In this document: positions 27,243-31,472 of the stretch, in pieces
Position numbering within the stretch: the stretch's first letter is position 1
Layout: each line of letters opens with the position of its first letter
DNA from: Tubiluchus corallicola
Lineage: Eukaryota; Animalia; Priapulida
Direction of reading: 5' to 3'
DNA: 31,472 nt
NCBI GenBank assembly: GCA_030141605.1
Contig: JAQGDQ010002448.1
Coordinates: forward strand, 1 to 31,472
Notes under the pieces: generated by a model
Database searches by the model: none
What the model saw: the letters and a program-made list of their open reading frames with translations, nothing else
Told to the model about the DNA's origin: nothing
Program-made: the position numbers and the translations under genes

Positions 27243-28304
27243 TTATATATATTTTCTGTTAATAAATGTTGATGAAAAAACCCTTGCTAAAGATAAGTAT
27301 GTCAGTGAAAACCTTAAAATATCTCCAACATTATAGATGTTTTCACTATTTTCTATATCTATAATTGTATAGTCACTATTAAACCCCATTATACTAATTT
27401 TTTTATCTAAAGGTATTAAGCTTTCAATATCTGTATCTATAATACCTAAGGCTATAATCGCTCTTTTTCTAACTCCATTGTTTTTTAGTTTTTTAGTTTT
27501 TCCAAAGGCATCTTTTTTAATTTTCCCTTCAGGTAATGTATCTTTATCATATATTTCAACTATTTGTGCCTTTAATATAAATACATCACTATACAACCCC
27601 TTAATAATTTTATTTTTTCCTGTATCTCTTCCTAAAAACAAACTTTCTCCAATACGTAAATTATTTATCTCTTTTGGAAAATTTTCTGAGTTAACTAAAT
27701 GTAAGGTACTAGAATTTCCACCAGATAAAACTTTATGCTTTATATTATGCTTTTTTTCTATTTCTTTTGATAATTTTATAAAATTTTTTAGTATTTTTAT
27801 AGTTGGAGTAAAACCAGCAAAACAATTAAAATTAACTCCTAAGCCTATAGTTTCTATGTTTTTATACTTCAATATGCATCTTATGCTTTCATCTAATTTA
27901 TTAACTGGTATTCCTTCTCTTAAATCACCAAATTCTACCATTAATATTATTTTATAAGTTTTATCTAAAATTTTAGAGGCTTTATCTAGGGCTTTTATTG
28001 TTTTTAAACTAGAATTTAAACTAATATCACTATATTTTACAACTTCATATACTTCAGATATCATAGGGATCTTAATTAACATTTTAGTAATACTTTCACA
28101 TTCTATGTTTTGTAGATTACTTATTCTTGAGTCACCAAATGAGGTATATCCATTTTCTAAAAATAATTTAAATATTTCGCTATCAAAGAAAACGCCCTTT
28201 AGTATAGCTGTTATATTGATATGCTTTGGTACATTTTTTCTTATAAATTTTATATTATGTTTCAATTTGTTCATATTTATTTCAACCATTGGAAATAAAT
28301 TCAT
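27243..28304 (-). CDS. Alanine/ornithine racemase family PLP-dependent enzyme (ornithine racemase-like)
   Basis: Probable start ATG 28304 after AGGAGG (MNLFPMVEIN); AILKG lysine, GDSRISN, GDLREG, GVNFNCF, SGGNSS, NNLRIGE, DAFG, NSDY. Confidence 0.85.
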   Translation of the reverse strand: MNLFPMVEINMNKLKHNIKFIRKNVPKHINITAILKGVFFDSEIFKLFLENGYTSFGDSRISNLQNIECESITKMLIKIPMISEVYEVVKYSDISLNSSLKTIKALDKASKILDKTYKIILMVEFGDLREGIPVNKLDESIRCILKYKNIETIGLGVNFNCFAGFTPTIKILKNFIKLSKEIEKKHNIKHKVLSGGNSSTLHLVNSENFPKEINNLRIGESLFLGRDTGKNKIIKGLYSDVFILKAQIVEIYDKDTLPEGKIKKDAFGKTKKLKNNGVRKRAIIALGIIDTDIESLIPLDKKISIMGFNSDYTIIDIENSENIYNVGDILRFSLTYLSLARVFSSTFINRKYI

Positions 28305-28455
28305 TAAAAACAGCCTCCTAAATACTAAGTTTTTAAATAAAATATCATTAAGCAAAATAAAGTCAACTTTAATTCTACAATTATTAAAAAACTTGAAAAC
28401 ACTTATTTCATATGCTATAATTACTGAAATATATACTACGGAGAGTGTTAGTACG

Positions 28456-29289
28456 ATGAAAAATAAGTTGTATGAATTAGGCAAAATTTTTATTCTTGTT
28501 CTATTAATAGCATATATGATTACTATTTTTTTATTTAGTGAATTTTTAGGTAAAAATATACAAGTCTATGTTTTCCTGAAAAATATATTTGGAATTTTTT
28601 ATACTATATTAATTTTAATTCTAATTCTTTTATTAGCTGGTGAATTTTTAAAAAAAACATCTTCAACTTATGGCAAAATTAGTTATTATTTAAAGCTGTT
28701 TTTTATTTTCATCTTTTTCCTTGCTTTAGGGAATATAGTAATGAATGTCTTTATTTTCAATGAAAATAATTTATCTTTAGAAAATCAAAAGGTTTTGTAC
28801 TTAACTAAGTCTTGGAAAATATTTGGTGGCTTTGCAACATCAATATATTATCCCCTTTATTTCTTTCTAAGAAAACCTTTTGCTATACTTATTAATTGCT
28901 TTGTTTTATTTTTTTCCTTTGCAATTATTTCAATTAAATATATAGTACTTATAAAAAAAAATATTGATAAACATAATCAAGTAAATTCTTCATATTCTTT
29001 TTTCTATATTGTTAAAGATGTATTTTTTAAAAATAAAGCGCTGCAAAATGATAAAAATAAAGTCTCAGACACTAACCAAGGTAAAGTTGTTGAAAATAAA
29101 AATACTTCAGAAAGGGTATACTCTATTGCTGATTTAGAACACCTAAACGAAAGTTATGTTAACATTGCAAATGAAATTATGGAGGATATTCAAAATAAGA
29201 AATTTTTAAATATAAGTAATGTAACTAGTTCTAATAAAAAAACTTTGAGTACCACTTCTAGCAATTTATATTGTATCATTGAGAATTAA
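28456..29289 (+). CDS. Hypothetical multi-pass membrane protein resembling the FtsK/SpoIIIE N-terminal membrane domain plus polar linker
   Basis: Probable start ATG 28456 after GGAG; 4-5 hydrophobic segments (IFG, FGG motifs) followed by an N/S/K-rich tail; no ATPase domain. Confidence 0.6.
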   Translation: MKNKLYELGKIFILVLLIAYMITIFLFSEFLGKNIQVYVFLKNIFGIFYTILILILILLLAGEFLKKTSSTYGKISYYLKLFFIFIFFLALGNIVMNVFIFNENNLSLENQKVLYLTKSWKIFGGFATSIYYPLYFFLRKPFAILINCFVLFFSFAIISIKYIVLIKKNIDKHNQVNSSYSFFYIVKDVFFKNKALQNDKNKVSDTNQGKVVENKNTSERVYSIADLEHLNESYVNIANEIMEDIQNKKFLNISNVTSSNKKTLSTTSSNLYCIIEN

Positions 29290-29314
29290 TTTTAGCACTA
29301 AGGAACTTAATTTT

Positions 29315-29893
29315 ATGATTTTAGCATCTAGCTCACCAAGAAGATATAAAATATTAAAAGAAAATGGATTTAAGATAGAAATACAAAAGCCAAATATTAA
29401 AGAAGTAAGTAATAAAAATACCATTGAAAAAATTGTTCAGGATATTGCATATAAAAAAGCCTGTTACATTGCAATGAAAAATAAAGATAAGTATATTGTT
29501 GCTGCAGATACTTTAGTTATTTGTGAGAATATTATTTTAGAAAAACCTAAATGTGAAAAGAAAGCAAAAATACACTTAGAATTTTTATCTAATAAGGTTC
29601 ATAAAGTATATACTGGTCTTTCCTTTATAAATATCTCAAAAAATATTTATGAAACTTTATATGATGTTAGCACAGTAAAAATAAAAAAATTAGATGATAA
29701 AACTATTACTTGGTATATTTCTACAAAGGAGCCATTTGACAAATCAGGGTCATATGGAATACAGGGAAAAGGTAAGGCACTAGTTAAATATTATGAAGGT
29801 AGTTTAAATAATATAATCGGCTTTCCTTTAGAAAAATTTATAGAATTATTAATAAAATTGAATTATAGAGAAGAAAGCTATTCAAAATTATAG
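29315..29893 (+). CDS. maf: Maf-family nucleoside triphosphate pyrophosphatase
   Basis: MILASSSPRR, AADT, LEKP, DKSGSYGIQG, NIIGFP; ATG 29315 after AAGGA. Confidence 0.93.
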   Translation: MILASSSPRRYKILKENGFKIEIQKPNIKEVSNKNTIEKIVQDIAYKKACYIAMKNKDKYIVAADTLVICENIILEKPKCEKKAKIHLEFLSNKVHKVYTGLSFINISKNIYETLYDVSTVKIKKLDDKTITWYISTKEPFDKSGSYGIQGKGKALVKYYEGSLNNIIGFPLEKFIELLIKLNYREESYSKL

Positions 29894-29904
29894 TAGGAGG
29901 CAAA

Positions 29905-30951
29905 ATGTTGAAAATATTCTCAAAACTACTTGGTTACTTTTCAGAAGATATTGGGATTGATTTAGGAACTGCTAATACAATTGTTTGTATTAAAAATAAA
30001 GGTATTGTTCTTAATGAACCATCTATTGTTACAATTAATAAAAAGAAAAAAACTTTATATGCTGTTGGGAAAGAAGCAAAGGAAATGGTTGGTAGAACTC
30101 CTGCAAATTACGAAACTATAAGATCACTAAAAAATGGAGTAATTGCAGATTACGAGATAACAGAAAAAATGCTAGAAGCTTTTTATAAAAAAGTACTAAA
30201 AAAAGGAGTTTTTTCTAACCCAAAGGTTGTTATTTGCATCCCTGCTGGAGTAACTCAAGTAGAAAGAAGAGCTGTGATTGATGCAACAAAGGAAGCTGGG
30301 GCTAGGGAAGCTTACTTAGTGGAAGAACCTATTGCTGCTGCACTAGGTGCAAATGAGGACATTTTTCTTCCTGAAGGAATACTTGTTGTTGACATAGGAG
30401 GAGGAACTACAGAAATTGCTGTTATATCTTTAGGAGGACTTGTTGTATACAGATCATTTAAACTTGCTGGTGATACTTTTGACGAAAAGATAAAAGAATA
30501 CATTCGAGAAAAATATAGTTTAATCATTGGGGATAAAAAAGCTGAAGAAATAAAAAAAGAAGTTGGTACTGCATTAAATGAAGGAGACATCATAGAAACA
30601 GAGGTAAGTGGTAGAAATACTTTAAATGGTTTACCTGGCAGTATTATTATTAATTCTAATGACATTTTAGAAGCTATTGATGAAAGTATAGAAAAAATTA
30701 TTGAAGAAATCGTTGTTACTTTAGAGGAAACTCCGCCAGAATTAGCAGCTGATATCTATAGAAAAGGAATGATCCTAGCTGGAGGAGGAGCTCTTATAAA
30801 AAACCTTGACATTAGACTTTCTGACAGCTTAAATATACCTGCAAAGGTTTCTGAAGATTCTCTAAATTGCGTTATTAATGGAATAAGTACTATTTTAGAA
30901 GATTTTGATAAATACGAAGAAATTTTAACTTCCTCAGATAAAGATTATTAA
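29905..30951 (+). CDS. mreB: Rod shape-determining protein MreB
   Basis: IGIDLGTANT, EEPIAAALG, VDIGGGTTE, LAGGGAL. Confidence 0.95.
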   Translation: MLKIFSKLLGYFSEDIGIDLGTANTIVCIKNKGIVLNEPSIVTINKKKKTLYAVGKEAKEMVGRTPANYETIRSLKNGVIADYEITEKMLEAFYKKVLKKGVFSNPKVVICIPAGVTQVERRAVIDATKEAGAREAYLVEEPIAAALGANEDIFLPEGILVVDIGGGTTEIAVISLGGLVVYRSFKLAGDTFDEKIKEYIREKYSLIIGDKKAEEIKKEVGTALNEGDIIETEVSGRNTLNGLPGSIIINSNDILEAIDESIEKIIEEIVVTLEETPPELAADIYRKGMILAGGGALIKNLDIRLSDSLNIPAKVSEDSLNCVINGISTILEDFDKYEEILTSSDKDY

Positions 30952-30996
30952 AGTTATTATATTACTAAATAATACTCTTTTCAAAAGGTGAAGTAA

Positions 30997-31472
30997 ATGA
31001 ATAATTTATTAAATAAAATTGAAGGAATTATTTTTGTTGCAAGCGACCCAGTGGAAATAGAGGAGCTTGCAAAATATTTTAGAAGAGACTTTAATGAAAT
31101 GTTAAGCTTGTTAGAAGAACTTAAGTTAAAAAAAAGTGATAATGGTGTAAATTTAGTCATTGAAAAGAATAAAGTATATTTTTCTAGTAATCCAATATAT
31201 GGAGAGTGGATATATAGATTTTTTAATCGGGAAAGCAAACTTAAAAAACTTTCTAGATCTGCAATGGAAACTTTATCTATAATTGCGTATAGACAACCTA
31301 TTACAAAAAAAGAGGTTTCTTCTATTAGAGGAGTTTCTGCAGACAATATGGTAAATATGCTTTTATTAAAAGGTCTCATTAAAAGTTGTGGGCATAAAAA
31401 ATCTCCTGGTAGACCTAAGCTATATAGTGTTACAGAGAATTTTCTAAAATATATGGGAATTAAATGCATTGA
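30997..31472 (+). CDS. scpB: SMC-Scp complex subunit ScpB, 3' end outside window
   Basis: Not in ORF track; manual translation MNNLLNKIEGIIFVASDP...KLSRSAMETLSIIAYRQPITKKEVSSIRGV...PGRPKLYSVTENFLKYMGI. Confidence 0.92.
   Translation, partial: MNNLLNKIEGIIFVASDPVEIEELAKYFRRDFNEMLSLLEELKLKKSDNGVNLVIEKNKVYFSSNPIYGEWIYRFFNRESKLKKLSRSAMETLSIIAYRQPITKKEVSSIRGVSADNMVNMLLLKGLIKSCGHKKSPGRPKLYSVTENFLKYMGIKCI

Noticed and set aside
28105-28484. Apparent 380-bp head-to-head overlap of the racemase and membrane-protein ORFs
   Set aside because: Artefact of longest-ORF calling; RBS-supported starts are 28304 (-) and 28456 (+), leaving a normal divergent intergenic region
742-30665. Other short ORFs nested in or antisense to genes (742, 5705, 6480, 11376, 14480, 16669, 17434, 17924, 19744, 22371, 25517, 27478, 30312)
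   Set aside because: Overlap well-supported genes and show the F/S/I/L-rich composition of shadow frames in AT-rich DNA
30981-31469. 162-aa minus-strand ORF
   Set aside because: Shadow of scpB on the plus strand

Overview
Very AT-rich bacterial chromosomal window, mostly housekeeping. Gene content and order (DUF374/LpxJ-like acyltransferase, MBL-hydrolase/UDG/5-FCL cluster, maf-mreB-scpB, Spy-like periplasmic protein) suggest a diderm anaerobe, most plausibly Fusobacteriota (inference). It contains ybaB/ebfC, a flavodoxin, an oxidative pentose phosphate operon (gnd-zwf-pgl), uvrB, GH31 glucosidase-malQ, metK, an sbcD-like nuclease, a lipoprotein-to-cls-to-DNA methyltransferase run, oppBCDF, a PLP racemase and maf-mreB-scpB. 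Four things are not explained by the ORF track. (1) gnd-zwf-pgl is bracketed by two inverted, internally deleted copies of one IS3-family element (872 bp and a 225-bp MITE) that share a deletion junction. (2) A candidate ~78-nt C-rich small RNA lies between metK and sbcD, with a near-consensus promoter, a TTTAAG-N5-TTTAAG direct repeat and its own terminator. (3) A decayed DUF2971-like gene and an eroded Mod-like C-terminus follow the methyltransferase. (4) A T7 homopolymer frameshift splits the uracil-DNA glycosylase gene. No CRISPR array, rRNA or tRNA was seen.
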